The translations under genes were made by a program, and so were the position numbers. From Bacteroidales bacterium (GTDB lineage: Bacteria; Bacteroidota; Bacteroidia; Bacteroidales; UBA932), in NCBI GenBank assembly GCA_024401925.1, contig JAKSKD010000005.1:3709-67708 (forward strand): 64,000 nt of DNA, given 5' to 3'. Under the pieces are notes generated by a model, which was not told where the DNA came from, did no database searches, and worked only from the letters and a program-made list of their open reading frames with translations. This document shows positions 46,272 through 56,305 of this stretch, piece by piece. The first letter of the stretch is position 1; every line of letters starts with the position of its first letter.

Positions 46272-46967
46272 ATGAACGGAATTCTTAAAAAAGTTTTGAC
46301 ATTTTTCGTGCTTCCATTGGTTATCATCGGCTTGGTAATCGTGAATGTTCTCAGCATTATGGAGCCTGTCAAGTTCAACAAGGAAAAAGACTACCGCAGC
46401 GAGTTGGCTATCCAGCAGCTTAAGGACATCCGCACACTTGAAGTTGCTTTCAAGAGTGTCAACAATCGTTTTACTGCTTCTATCGATTCTCTCGTTGATT
46501 TTTACAACAACGGTGAGATGGAGGTCATCATGCAGATAGGTTCAAAGGATGACTCTGCAGCAGTTGCTCATACCGAGCAGGTCAAGAAAGCCAACAAGAA
46601 GATCACGACAGCTGATCTCTATGAAATGTATAAGGCTGGCGACAAGAATCTGGTGTTCTCTATAGCAAGTAAGGTTCCGGTAAAGGAAAGCGTATTTACC
46701 GACCGGGAGAATCTGGATCTTTCAAATCTCAAGTACATCCCGTTCTCTGACGGTGAGGAAATTATTACAGACGCTGTCGTGAAGACTGTTTCCGGTGTGC
46801 CGGTACCTCTCTTTGAGGCCAAGATTCCTTACAGGTTCTTGCTTAAGGGCCTTGACAATCAGCTTCGTATCAATCTCGATGCTGAAAGAAGGGATCAGAA
46901 CAAGTATGAAGGTCTGCAGGTTGGTAGCGTTACCGCTCCTAACAACAACGCAGGCAACTGGGAATAA
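46272..46967 (+). CDS. Hypothetical membrane-anchored protein
   Basis: 231 aa with a single N-terminal TM helix; own -7 box TAACTTTG at 46229; ends GNWE. Confidence 0.85.
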   Translation: MNGILKKVLTFFVLPLVIIGLVIVNVLSIMEPVKFNKEKDYRSELAIQQLKDIRTLEVAFKSVNNRFTASIDSLVDFYNNGEMEVIMQIGSKDDSAAVAHTEQVKKANKKITTADLYEMYKAGDKNLVFSIASKVPVKESVFTDRENLDLSNLKYIPFSDGEEIITDAVVKTVSGVPVPLFEAKIPYRFLLKGLDNQLRINLDAERRDQNKYEGLQVGSVTAPNNNAGNWE

Positions 46968-46971
46968 TATA

Positions 46972-47439
46972 ATGAATCAAATACCTAAATGCACCTTGGT
47001 GCCGGCTCGCTTTTTTGATGAGACTGCGCCGAGGTGCTTTCTTTCTGAAATATTCGAGCTTGAAGAGGGCGCTGAGGTGGAACATAAGGATGTCCCGCAA
47101 TATGACGCCGTGTTAGTCTATGAAAAGACAGAGGCGGGGCTTCCAGCCTTGTCAAGAGTGATTGACAACCTGGACGGTTGTGCGGAGTACAACAAAATCC
47201 TCGCCGGCTGGAAGGCGGGTACTTTGTCTCTGGCAATAGCTCAGGGCCGGAACTTGCTCCTTGCCAATGTGTTCCCGGCAAAGGATTTCATTACGGCGGA
47301 ATATCACATTTTCAATGCGATGAAATCACTTCAGCTCAATCCTGAAATCTCCACCGTATGCTTTATGGAAAGGCTCGGGGAGGATAATGAGTTGTCTCTA
47401 TATCGTTATTTCAAATCAGTTGAGTACATATGCGAATAA
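46972..47439 (+). CDS. DUF3822-like protein (short)
   Basis: TLVPARFF, LLLANVF....D...YH pattern; lies directly before rsmD. Start at ATG 46972. Confidence 0.6.
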   Translation: MNQIPKCTLVPARFFDETAPRCFLSEIFELEEGAEVEHKDVPQYDAVLVYEKTEAGLPALSRVIDNLDGCAEYNKILAGWKAGTLSLAIAQGRNLLLANVFPAKDFITAEYHIFNAMKSLQLNPEISTVCFMERLGEDNELSLYRYFKSVEYICE

Positions 47440-47960
47440 TCGGCGGCAGTCTGAAAGGGAAGAACATTCTTCCTCCGGCCGGCTATAAGGCAAGGCCTAC
47501 TACCGATTTCGCCAGAGAAGGTCTGTTCAATGTCCTTAACAATGAATACGATTTCGAGGATTTGAAGGTGCTTGATTTGTTCGGCGGCACCGGTGCAATA
47601 TCGTTTGAATTCGCTTCCCGTGGGGCATCCCGCGTCTATTGCGTAGAAATGCTCAGGGAGAATGCCTCGTTCATCAAAACGGAGGCGGCCAGACTGGGCC
47701 TTGGTAATGTTACTATGGTCAGGGACAATGTCTTTGATTTCCTTGATGTCTGCAGAGAAAAATTCGACATCATCTTTGCTGACCCTCCGTATGCGCTGGA
47801 AGGTCTTGACCTGCTTCCCGACAAGATTTTATCAAAGGATATCTTGTATCCTGAACGTTATCTGGTGCTTGAACACGGTGACGAATATTCTTTTTCCGGA
47901 CATCCCCGTTTTATTAAAGAAAAAGTGTACGGGCGTGTCCATTTCTCTTTTTTCGAATAA
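47430..47960 (+). CDS. rsmD: 16S rRNA m2G966 methyltransferase RsmD family
   Basis: MRIIGG, RPTTD..REGLFN, LDLFGGTG, FADPPY. Confidence 0.95.
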   Translation: MRIIGGSLKGKNILPPAGYKARPTTDFAREGLFNVLNNEYDFEDLKVLDLFGGTGAISFEFASRGASRVYCVEMLRENASFIKTEAARLGLGNVTMVRDNVFDFLDVCREKFDIIFADPPYALEGLDLLPDKILSKDILYPERYLVLEHGDEYSFSGHPRFIKEKVYGRVHFSFFE

Positions 47961-47965
47961 TTCAA

Positions 47966-48754
47966 ATGCATACAAAGGAAGAAAAGCTTGAACAGTTCTC
48001 GAGGCTGCTTGATATTATGGACGCTCTCAGGGAAAAGTGCCCGTGGAATGCAGAACAGACTATGGAATCCATCCGCCCGATGACGGAGGAAGAAGTGTAT
48101 GAATTGAGTGATGCCGTCATCCGCAGAGACCGGCAGGCAGTTGCAAAGGAAGTCGGCGATATTCTGTATCATATGGTGTTCTATGCCAGGATAGGTCAGG
48201 AAGATGAATCGTTCGACATAGCCGATTCCCTGCAGAAAATCTGCGATAAAATGGAGTTCAGACACCCGCATGTTTTCGGAGATGACAAGCGCCAGCTTAC
48301 GGCCAAAGAGATTGCTGACACCTGGGAACTTGTGAAGGCGAAGGAGAAAGATGGCAATAAGACGGTGTTGTCCGGAATCCCGGATTGTATGCCCGCCATC
48401 CTCAGGGCTGTTTCAATGCAGGAAAAGGCTCGTGGGTGCGGATTTGACTGGGAGAAGAAAGAAGACGTATGGGATAAGGTGAGAGAAGAGCTCGGTGAGG
48501 TGACCGAGGCTTGTGAAGAGGAAGACAAGGCCCATATGGAAGAAGAGTTCGGGGACTTGCTGTTCGCCGTCATCAATGCTGCCAGACTTTACGGAATCGA
48601 TCCCGAGGTTGCCCTTGGCGGATCCTGCTCCAAGTTCAGGCGGCGGTTTACCTATCTTGAAGAGAATACTCTCAAGAAGGGTATCAGTATGAAAGATATG
48701 ACTCTTGCCCAAATGGATGCCATCTGGGATGAGGGGAAAGCGAAGGGATTGTAA
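47966..48754 (+). CDS. mazG: Nucleoside triphosphate pyrophosphohydrolase MazG
   Basis: LREKCPW, EEVYE, EVGD, RHPHVFG, GFDW, EEEFGD (tandem MazG domains). Confidence 0.96.
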   Translation: MHTKEEKLEQFSRLLDIMDALREKCPWNAEQTMESIRPMTEEEVYELSDAVIRRDRQAVAKEVGDILYHMVFYARIGQEDESFDIADSLQKICDKMEFRHPHVFGDDKRQLTAKEIADTWELVKAKEKDGNKTVLSGIPDCMPAILRAVSMQEKARGCGFDWEKKEDVWDKVREELGEVTEACEEEDKAHMEEEFGDLLFAVINAARLYGIDPEVALGGSCSKFRRRFTYLEENTLKKGISMKDMTLAQMDAIWDEGKAKGL

Positions 48755-49473
48755 TGAAATGGACGGAGAGGACGGCACTTCTGCTTGGCGCGGACGGATT
48801 GGCAAGACTACGGGCTTCAAAAGTCCTTGTGGTCGGATGTGGAGGCGTAGGTGCGTTTGCCGCTGAAATGCTGGCACGTGCCGGCGTGGGACATCTTATC
48901 CTTTTGGATAATGACCTCATATCGGACAGCAACAGGAACAGGCAGCTCCCTGCCCTTATTTCTACTGTAGGTATGAAAAAATGCGTGGTCCTTGCCGCCA
49001 GACTGAGGGATATTAACCCGGAACTTGACATGGAAGTGTTGGATGACTATCTCGCTGAAAACAATATCAAAGACCTGATTCCCCCGGGCATCGATTTTGT
49101 TGTGGATGCGATAGACACCCTGAGCCCGAAGATTGCGTTGATTCAGTATTGTCTTGCCGGTGGAATCAGGCTGGTGTCTTCGATGGGCTCTGGAGCCAAG
49201 GTCGATGCCACAAAGGTCCGGATAGCCGATATCTCAGAAACAAATATGTGTCCGCTTGCCCATATGCTGCGTAAACGGCTCCATAAACTGGGCATCAGAA
49301 GCGGCTTTCTTGCCGTATATTCCGAGGAGCCTCCTCATAGGGAATCTATGGTCCTTGAAGAAAGCCGGAACAAGAAGTCCCAGACCGGAACTGTATCTTA
49401 TCTTCCGGCTGTTTTCGGTTGTGTGTGTGCTCAGGCGGTTATTACCCGGATTGCAGGAGTAGAAAATCTTTAG
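48754..49473 (+). CDS. tcdA: tRNA threonylcarbamoyladenosine dehydratase (ThiF family)
   Basis: VGCGGVG, SNRNRQ, VVDAID, SSMGSG, CPLA..LRKRL, YSEE. Confidence 0.9.
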   Translation: MKWTERTALLLGADGLARLRASKVLVVGCGGVGAFAAEMLARAGVGHLILLDNDLISDSNRNRQLPALISTVGMKKCVVLAARLRDINPELDMEVLDDYLAENNIKDLIPPGIDFVVDAIDTLSPKIALIQYCLAGGIRLVSSMGSGAKVDATKVRIADISETNMCPLAHMLRKRLHKLGIRSGFLAVYSEEPPHRESMVLEESRNKKSQTGTVSYLPAVFGCVCAQAVITRIAGVENL

Positions 49474-49504
49474 TATCTTCGCGAGATATATAATTGAATG
49501 GAAG

Positions 49505-50623
49505 ATGTCGTATCAGCTTGTGGAAGTGCATACTAAAAGGGACTTGATGAGGTTTATCAAGTTTCCTGACGAGTTGTACCGAAACTGCCCGCAGTATGTT
49601 CCGGCATTGCATTCGGACCAGATCAATTCCTTGACAAAGGTATCCACATTAAGTTATTGTTCGCGCAGGATGTGGATGGTAGTGGACGGAGAAAATGTGG
49701 CCGGGAGGATATGCGGAATCATCAACCCGAGATATAATGAACGGTACAATACACGCAGGGCGCGTTTCGGGTGGTTTGATACGATAAATGACATAAATGT
49801 TGCCCGCCTGCTCATCGAAACGGCTGAAGCCTGGGCGAAGGAGCAGGGGATGGACGAAATACACGGTCCTCTGTACTACAACACGCTCGGCAAGCAGGGA
49901 ATGCTGGTCGAGGGATTTGAAAACGTTCCTCCGTTCAACTGTATCTACAATTTTCCTTATTACAAGGAGTTGATTGAGAAATTGGGCTTTATAAAGGAGT
50001 GCGACTGGGTTCAGTACAGACTTGAAGCGCAGCAGGGAGTGCCTGAGAAGACCAGAAGGGTTGCGAAGATGGTACTGGAGAAATATAATCTCAAGATTGG
50101 ACGTTTGGACAAGTTAAAGAAGGATCCTGAGAAGGTCAGAAATTTCTTCAAGGTCTATAATGACAGTTTCGCATCATCAGTCTATAACTTCATTCCATTC
50201 ACGGATGAGGAGATTGAGGAAGAGGCAAAGGCGAGTATGCCTTTCATTTCAGACAAAGCCAGCTGTGTGCTGTTTGACGCGGATGATAATGTGGCCGCAT
50301 TCGGCATATCTTTCCCTACCATATCGCTGGCCTTGCAGAAAGCACGTGGAAAGATGTTCCCATTCGGATGGATTCATTTCCTGAGGGCTCTTTCTGACTA
50401 CAGTACGGTAGACCTCATGATCAATGGCGCTACACCGGAATGGCAGAATAAAGGGATATCAGCCGTGTATTATGATGTGATGGCGGACAAGGCGGCGAAG
50501 AGCGGCGTCAAGTGGGCCATTACCAATCCCCAGATTGAGACCAACAGCGCTGTCAACATCTGGAACAGTTATGAACATGAACTTTTTATGCGGCGCAGAT
50601 GCTACATAAAATCTATTGAATAG
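49505..50623 (+). CDS. GNAT-fold protein (YghO-like)
   Basis: FIKFP..LY...PQYVP, RFGWFD, GMLVEGF, YNFPYY, PEWQNKG. Confidence 0.75.
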   Translation: MSYQLVEVHTKRDLMRFIKFPDELYRNCPQYVPALHSDQINSLTKVSTLSYCSRRMWMVVDGENVAGRICGIINPRYNERYNTRRARFGWFDTINDINVARLLIETAEAWAKEQGMDEIHGPLYYNTLGKQGMLVEGFENVPPFNCIYNFPYYKELIEKLGFIKECDWVQYRLEAQQGVPEKTRRVAKMVLEKYNLKIGRLDKLKKDPEKVRNFFKVYNDSFASSVYNFIPFTDEEIEEEAKASMPFISDKASCVLFDADDNVAAFGISFPTISLALQKARGKMFPFGWIHFLRALSDYSTVDLMINGATPEWQNKGISAVYYDVMADKAAKSGVKWAITNPQIETNSAVNIWNSYEHELFMRRRCYIKSIE

Positions 50624-50626
50624 AAT

Positions 50627-51718
50627 ATGGCAGAAAACACATTGCTTGAAAAAGTCCTCTCTCTGCAGGACAAATTCCAATCCCTTCAGGACCAACTCGC
50701 AAGCCCCGAAGTAATGGGCGACATGAAGAAATATGTCCAGCTGAACAAGGACTACAAGCAGCTTGAGCCTATCATCAAGGCCGGTTTGGAATACAAGAAA
50801 ATGATTGACAACCTTGCTTCCGCAAAGGATGTGTTTATGAATGAAAAGGATGAGGAACTCAAGGAAATGGCAAGGGAAGAGATCAATGAGATACAGGATC
50901 AGCTGCCAAAGATGGAGGCTGACATCAAACTGCTTCTTATCCCTGCAGATCCTGATGATGCCAAGAACGCTATGGTGGAAATCAGAGGAGGTACAGGTGG
51001 TGACGAGGCAGCCATCTTTGCAGGAGACCTGTTCCGTATGTACCAGCATTTCGCCGAAGCGCGCGGATGGAAGCTTGAAGTCAGTGACCAGACTCCGGGT
51101 ACTTCCGGAGGATTCAAGCAGATTGTGTTCAAACTTTCTTCAGGGACGGAAGGAGTGTATGGCGTAATGAAATATGAATCCGGTGTTCATCGTGTTCAGA
51201 GGGTTCCACAGACTGAGACACAGGGCAGGATTCAGACTTCTGCCGCATCGGTTGCAGTATTCCCTGAAGCAGGCGAGTTCGATGTGGATCTGAAATGGGA
51301 TGATATCAGACTTGACCTTTTCTGCTCATCAGGACCCGGTGGTCAGGGCGTGAATACCACATACTCTGCTGTCCGCCTTACCCATATTCCATCAGGACTG
51401 GTCGTTCAGTGCCAGGAAGAGAGATCCCAGCTCAAAAACAAGGAAAGGGCTTTCGAAGAGCTCAGGACTCGTCTTTATAACCTTGAGCACCAGAAATATC
51501 TTGACGAGATTGCCTCCAAAAGAAAGACTATGGTGTCCACTGGTGACCGTTCTGCAAAGATTAGAACCTACAATTACCCTCAGGGAAGGGTCACCGACCA
51601 TCGTATCAACTGGAGTATGTATAATCTTCCGGTGTTTATGAACGGCGACATTCAGGAATGCATAGACCAGCTACAGATTGCTGAAAATGCAGAGCGTCTG
51701 AAAGAAGCGGGGGATTAG
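50627..51718 (+). CDS. prfA: Peptide chain release factor 1
   Basis: [25 protein letters not shown] (PxT), [14 protein letters not shown]. Confidence 0.98.
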   Translation: MAENTLLEKVLSLQDKFQSLQDQLASPEVMGDMKKYVQLNKDYKQLEPIIKAGLEYKKMIDNLASAKDVFMNEKDEELKEMAREEINEIQDQLPKMEADIKLLLIPADPDDAKNAMVEIRGGTGGDEAAIFAGDLFRMYQHFAEARGWKLEVSDQTPGTSGGFKQIVFKLSSGTEGVYGVMKYESGVHRVQRVPQTETQGRIQTSAASVAVFPEAGEFDVDLKWDDIRLDLFCSSGPGGQGVNTTYSAVRLTHIPSGLVVQCQEERSQLKNKERAFEELRTRLYNLEHQKYLDEIASKRKTMVSTGDRSAKIRTYNYPQGRVTDHRINWSMYNLPVFMNGDIQECIDQLQIAENAERLKEAGD

Positions 51719-52975
51719 CTATTTTACTTTACGGAAGGCTATGCAGGCGTTATGGCCTCCAAAGCCGAATGAATCGGACATGCTGAGAGTGAGTTCCGCT
51801 TTTACGGCTCTGTTCGGCGTGTAGTCCAGATCACATTCCGGATCAGGATTGTCCAGATTGATGGTCGGAGGAATTACTCCGTCCCTTAGTGCAAGGATTG
51901 TGGCTATTGCTTCTGCAGCGCCTGTCGCTCCGAACATATGTCCGTGCATAGATTTGGTGGATGAGATGTGGCACTTGTATGCAAAATCTCCGAAAGCCTG
52001 CTTGTATGCCGCTGTTTCAATCTTATCGTTCAAAAGGGTACCTGTGCCGTGTGCGTTGATGTAGACTGAGTCTTTCTCTTTGTCCAGGGCGGCTTCTTTC
52101 GCCGCCATCCTGATGCAGGCCGCCTGGGTCTCTCCATCAGGTCTCGGGGCAGTGGCGTGGTAGGCATCGCAGGTGGATGCGTACCCTACGATTTCAGCAT
52201 AAATCTTTGCTCCGCGGTCCACAGCATGCTGATATTCTTCTAGAATCAGAACTGCAGAGCCGTCGGACATTACGAATCCTCCCCTGTCTGCGTTGAATGG
52301 AAGGCAGGCGTGCAGCGGATTCTCTTCCCTTGTCAGCGCCCTTGCATTTGCGAATCCGGCGAGTCCCAGCGGAATTGTACCGCACTCGGTGCCTCCTGCG
52401 ATGATTGCATCAAGATAACCGTCCTTGATTGCCCTGTAGGCCTCACCTATCGAATGTGTTGATGTGGCGCAGGCTGTGGAAATGGTGATGCAGGATCCCT
52501 TTGCGCCGAATTTCATAGCAATGTTTCCTCCGGCCATATTGGAAATCATTGACGGAATGAAATGAGGGGACACCCACTTCCCGGACGGATCCTCGTCAAG
52601 TTTTCTGACTTCCCTGCAGATAGTCTCGAATCCACCGACTCCGGAACTGACATATACGCCAAGCCTGAAAGGGTCTATGTTTGCTGCTTCACCTTCGGCT
52701 ATGAGCCCGGAATCGTTCATAGCCTGCCAGGCGGAGGCCATTGCGTAAATTGCGAACGGATCCTGCTTGCGGATGAACGGCTTGTCCATTCCGTATTCCT
52801 CAGGGTTGAAGTTGCGTATTTTCCCGGCAATCTTGACAGCAAACCCTTCAGTAGGGAATTCTTCTATCAAACTGATGCCGCAAACCCCTTCCTGGAGGTT
52901 TTTCCAGAAAGTATTCACATCATTTCCAATCGGGGAAAGCACCCCGAGTCCTGTAACAACTACCCGTCTGTCCAT
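51719..52975 (-). CDS. fabF: Beta-ketoacyl-ACP synthase II
   Basis: RRVVVTGLG, Cys-His-His triad TACAT / NAHGTGT / KSMHGH, SFGFGGHN. Start at ATG 52975. Confidence 0.93.
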   Translation of the reverse strand: MDRRVVVTGLGVLSPIGNDVNTFWKNLQEGVCGISLIEEFPTEGFAVKIAGKIRNFNPEEYGMDKPFIRKQDPFAIYAMASAWQAMNDSGLIAEGEAANIDPFRLGVYVSSGVGGFETICREVRKLDEDPSGKWVSPHFIPSMISNMAGGNIAMKFGAKGSCITISTACATSTHSIGEAYRAIKDGYLDAIIAGGTECGTIPLGLAGFANARALTREENPLHACLPFNADRGGFVMSDGSAVLILEEYQHAVDRGAKIYAEIVGYASTCDAYHATAPRPDGETQAACIRMAAKEAALDKEKDSVYINAHGTGTLLNDKIETAAYKQAFGDFAYKCHISSTKSMHGHMFGATGAAEAIATILALRDGVIPPTINLDNPDPECDLDYTPNRAVKAELTLSMSDSFGFGGHNACIAFRKVK

Positions 52976-53029
52976 TATCCGAATCTGTAAAATTTGGTAA
53001 TCACAATTCCTTCCGGTGGAACGTGACTG

Positions 53030-53054
53030 CAAAAGTAAAAATTTTTTATCTTTG
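53030..53054. promoter_or_regulatory. Back-to-back -7 boxes for fabF and the LytTR gene
   Basis: Minus TACTTTTG (53037-53030) and plus TATCTTTG (53047-53054), 9 bp apart. Confidence 0.7.
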
Positions 53055-53076
53055 TACCTAACTTAATAGGGGGGAG

Positions 53077-53958
53077 ATGATTTCTTTGAACGACAAAGTG
53101 CCGGATTATTTGTTTGGAAAGCACCAGTTGATTTCCACTGTGACCTTTGCTGCGTTATTCTCTCTGGTGTTCCTGATGGTGAGCATTCCGTTCTCGGACA
53201 ATGCCTGGTTCAAACTCGACACGACCCGGGCCTTCAGCTACACAATCCGTTTTTTTATGATAGCCCTACTGATGGTCTGCATAAGCAAAAGACTGATGTA
53301 TATGCTGAGATACTCTCACAACTGGAAATTCGGTGAATATGTCCTGTGGAACATAATCGAGATAGTTGCGGTCTGCGGCTCTTATACCTATCTTACGTAT
53401 TATGCCAGTGAACAGGGGGTCATCACGTTGACCGAAACAGACCCTGATAAGATATTCTTCAACTCCATCACATATTGCGTCATCTCTCTTGGTGTGCCGT
53501 ATATCATTGCCGGAATGTATTTTGCCATCAATGAGAAGGATAATACAATCCGACTGATGAACTACGGGAACGTGGTTACCGATGAAACTTATTCGGCGCA
53601 GGATGAGAAGAAAATCACGATTTTTGACAATAACGGTGTATTGAAGCTGTCCATTAAATCATCGAACCTCTATTACATTGAGTCAAATGATAATTTCATC
53701 AAAGTCTGGTACACCGATTCCGGTGGCATTCTCAAGCAATATATGTTGCGATGCCGTCTCAAGACAATAGAGGATAGTTTCAAGGAAAGTGAACTCGTAC
53801 GCTGCCACCGGAAATATATCGTGAACATGAATCATATCAAGATGCTCACAAAGGAGAAGGACGGATATGTGATAGAACTGGACGGGGTTGCGTCCGAGCC
53901 TATTCCTATCTCAAAGACTTATGAGGAGAATGTCTTGAGCCGCTTCAATTCCCGTTAG
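53077..53958 (+). CDS. Membrane-anchored LytTR-family transcriptional regulator
   Basis: About 4 N-terminal TM segments; YYIESNDNF, RCHRKYIVN, IPISKTY; no receiver domain. Confidence 0.88.
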   Translation: MISLNDKVPDYLFGKHQLISTVTFAALFSLVFLMVSIPFSDNAWFKLDTTRAFSYTIRFFMIALLMVCISKRLMYMLRYSHNWKFGEYVLWNIIEIVAVCGSYTYLTYYASEQGVITLTETDPDKIFFNSITYCVISLGVPYIIAGMYFAINEKDNTIRLMNYGNVVTDETYSAQDEKKITIFDNNGVLKLSIKSSNLYYIESNDNFIKVWYTDSGGILKQYMLRCRLKTIEDSFKESELVRCHRKYIVNMNHIKMLTKEKDGYVIELDGVASEPIPISKTYEENVLSRFNSR

Positions 53959-54407
53959 GCTTTCCTCGATTTTCTTCGCTCGCGTTTTTTTCTGGTGCGC
54001 AAGCTATTGAAACTCTGCACCATAAGTTCGTCTGAATAGATGTTCTTCGCTGCCAGACAGTTGCAGATGACTGCCAGGAGCGGGAATATGGCACTTGCCT
54101 TGAAGATAAGGCTGCTGTCCGCGATGAAATAGTCCACTGCGATCCATCCCTGAAATGCCAGTGTCAGCAGTGCGGACAGGATTGCTGTCCTCATCTGGAA
54201 CACTCTGACTTTGTAGGTGGTAAGTGCAAGAATGTTAAGCAGCGTAATGAGAATCATGAGTATAAGGTAGGGGATGTATACTATGTACGTGACCTCATTG
54301 TCGATTTCACCCCCGGAGCCTATTGTGACGGCCTTGTTTATGAAGAACATCACGCCTATCAGCGCTGTCGAAATTGCCAGATATAGTGTCTGAATTCTTT
54401 GCCACAT
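53955..54407 (-). CDS. DUF4293 family membrane protein
   Basis: MWQRIQTLYL, YK.R..QMR, I..DE..V.S...LR. Confidence 0.82.
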   Translation of the reverse strand: MWQRIQTLYLAISTALIGVMFFINKAVTIGSGGEIDNEVTYIVYIPYLILMILITLLNILALTTYKVRVFQMRTAILSALLTLAFQGWIAVDYFIADSSLIFKASAIFPLLAVICNCLAAKNIYSDELMVQSFNSLRTRKKRERRKSRKA

Positions 54408-54479
54408 TGTTCTGAAAGTTTTTTTTTGTAAGCGTGCAAAAGTAGGAAAAACCGTAATAAAATCCTATTTTTGTGTATT

Positions 54480-55355
54480 ATGAGAATACCGGAATCAGAA
54501 TTAATAATCAACTCGGACGGATCAGTTTTTCACCTGCATCTTCGTCCGGAAGAGATCGCGGACAATATAGTGCTTGTCGGCGATCCGGGAAGAGTGGATC
54601 TCTTCGGCGAAATGCTTTCAGATAAGGAGTTTGACCGCAGATCACGCGAATTCCATTCGGTCACGGGCAAGTTTGATGGGAAACGGGTTACCGTGCTTTC
54701 TACGGGAATCGGTACTGACAACATCGATATCGTGATGACCGAACTTGATGCTCTGGCAAATATTGATTTCAAAAAGCGTGAGGTGAAACCGGAACACAGG
54801 TCGTTGAATATATTGCGTTTTGGTACCAGCGGGTCTATCCAGCCGGATATTCCTCTCGGGTCTTTTGTATTCGCTGAGTACTCTCTCGGCTGTGACGGTC
54901 TTGTTAACTGGTATGCAGACAGAGACAAATGCTCTAACCTGGAGATGGAGGAGGCATTCAAAGCACATACTCACTGGAACAAGCATTTGCCGGATCCTTA
55001 TTTTGTAAGGGCGAGCGAGAGTCTTATTGAGAAATTCAAGGATTGTGCGATTTTGGGTGTCACGGTTTCGGCTTCGGGCTTCTATGGCCCTCAGGGACGT
55101 GTGGTGAGGATACCTCTTGCTATGCCTGATATGCTCGAAAAGTTTGAATCGTTCAGGTTCGGAGACTATCGCATCACGAATTTCGAGATGGAGAGTTCTG
55201 CCATTGCCGGACTAGCCAGGCATCTCGGCCATAATGCCGGTACTGTCTGCTGCATCATAGCCAACCGCTATCTGAAGAGCAGCAATGCGGACTACCAGCC
55301 TGTGATCAGGCAGTATGTGAAAACAATTCTGGAAAAGTTGACGGAGGAGGACTAG
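54480..55355 (+). CDS. Nucleoside phosphorylase (uridine phosphorylase-like, PNP_UDP_1)
   Basis: LVGDPGRV, REF, STGIG, RFGTSG, GFYGPQGR, NFEMES. ATG 54480 is 6 nt after TATTTTTG. Confidence 0.92.
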   Translation: MRIPESELIINSDGSVFHLHLRPEEIADNIVLVGDPGRVDLFGEMLSDKEFDRRSREFHSVTGKFDGKRVTVLSTGIGTDNIDIVMTELDALANIDFKKREVKPEHRSLNILRFGTSGSIQPDIPLGSFVFAEYSLGCDGLVNWYADRDKCSNLEMEEAFKAHTHWNKHLPDPYFVRASESLIEKFKDCAILGVTVSASGFYGPQGRVVRIPLAMPDMLEKFESFRFGDYRITNFEMESSAIAGLARHLGHNAGTVCCIIANRYLKSSNADYQPVIRQYVKTILEKLTEED

Positions 55356-56305
55356 TCGTATATCTGAGTGCCCTTCATTCGGGTCCACTCGGGAGTAGGG
55401 ATGGAAGGGTCATCGATGAAACTGTCGATGATCCTTTTTTCGCCTCCCATGACATTGTGCTCGAGAAAGGCTTCCTGCTCTTTCAGGTTGTACATCATTG
55501 AGATGCATATTTCGTGTCCTCTTTCTTTGTATCTCAAAGTGTTATAGTTGTAGGAATTTTTCTTGAACACTGATGTCAGGACATCGGCTCCGGCGAAGCG
55601 GTAGTTGAAGAACCAAATTTGTCTGTACTCGACAATCTTGTCCTTCGTGCCGTGGAGCATCAGTGTAGGAGCCGGCTCTCTGGCATATCCGGGAGCTCCG
55701 TTGTCGGTGAACACCGCTCCTGAGAAAGACATTATTCCGGCGAAGCGGAAGTCTTCCGGAAGTTCGGAAGCCAGCCCGGTATGGTTGCAAAGCTCGTAAT
55801 CGGCCTGGAGCGCGGTGATGGCTCCTGCGGAAGAGCCTGCTAGAACGAGATTGCCCGGATCCACACCCAGCGCCTCACCATTTTCAATAATGAAGGAGAC
55901 AGCGCTGAACAGGTCTTCGACGGCAAGGTTTATTGCACCTTGCAGAAGTTTGATGACTCTGAGCCCTTTCATCTCCGCGTGCTTGAGACCAAGCCTGTAG
56001 TCTATAGAAATGATGCCGTAACCGCGGTTTGTCATTTCTTTGAACCATTCCAGATATGTAACTTCGTCGCGTTTCCCGCTCTTGAAACCTCCTCCGAAGA
56101 TGAATACGATTGTAGGTTTGGTCTTCCCGTCAATGGATGTCTCGCTTCCGTCAGCGGGAAGGTATAGGTCAAGTAGGAGGTCGCAGCTGTCCTTTGTTGC
56201 GAACCTGTATGTGCCGTCCGGCTTTATTGTGTCTTTTGCCGATGCATTTCCTGCAAAGAAAATGCATGCAGCCAGAGCCAGGGTGGTAATTATGGATTTT
56301 CTCAT
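55352..56305 (-). CDS. Secreted alpha/beta hydrolase (carboxylesterase-like)
   Basis: Signal peptide; FGGGF oxyanion motif, DYRL, GSSAG, HGTKD, GH. Confidence 0.88.
   Translation of the reverse strand: MRKSIITTLALAACIFFAGNASAKDTIKPDGTYRFATKDSCDLLLDLYLPADGSETSIDGKTKPTIVFIFGGGFKSGKRDEVTYLEWFKEMTNRGYGIISIDYRLGLKHAEMKGLRVIKLLQGAINLAVEDLFSAVSFIIENGEALGVDPGNLVLAGSSAGAITALQADYELCNHTGLASELPEDFRFAGIMSFSGAVFTDNGAPGYAREPAPTLMLHGTKDKIVEYRQIWFFNYRFAGADVLTSVFKKNSYNYNTLRYKERGHEICISMMYNLKEQEAFLEHNVMGGEKRIIDSFIDDPSIPTPEWTRMKGTQIYD

Noticed and set aside
47966-48754. mazG as an anti-phage or toxin-antitoxin component
   Set aside because: Standard tandem-domain housekeeping MazG with no toxin or defence neighbours.
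53068-53076. AGGGGGGAG before the LytTR ATG as an SD or phase-variable tract
   Set aside because: It abuts the start codon with almost no spacing, and G6 is too short to argue for slippage.
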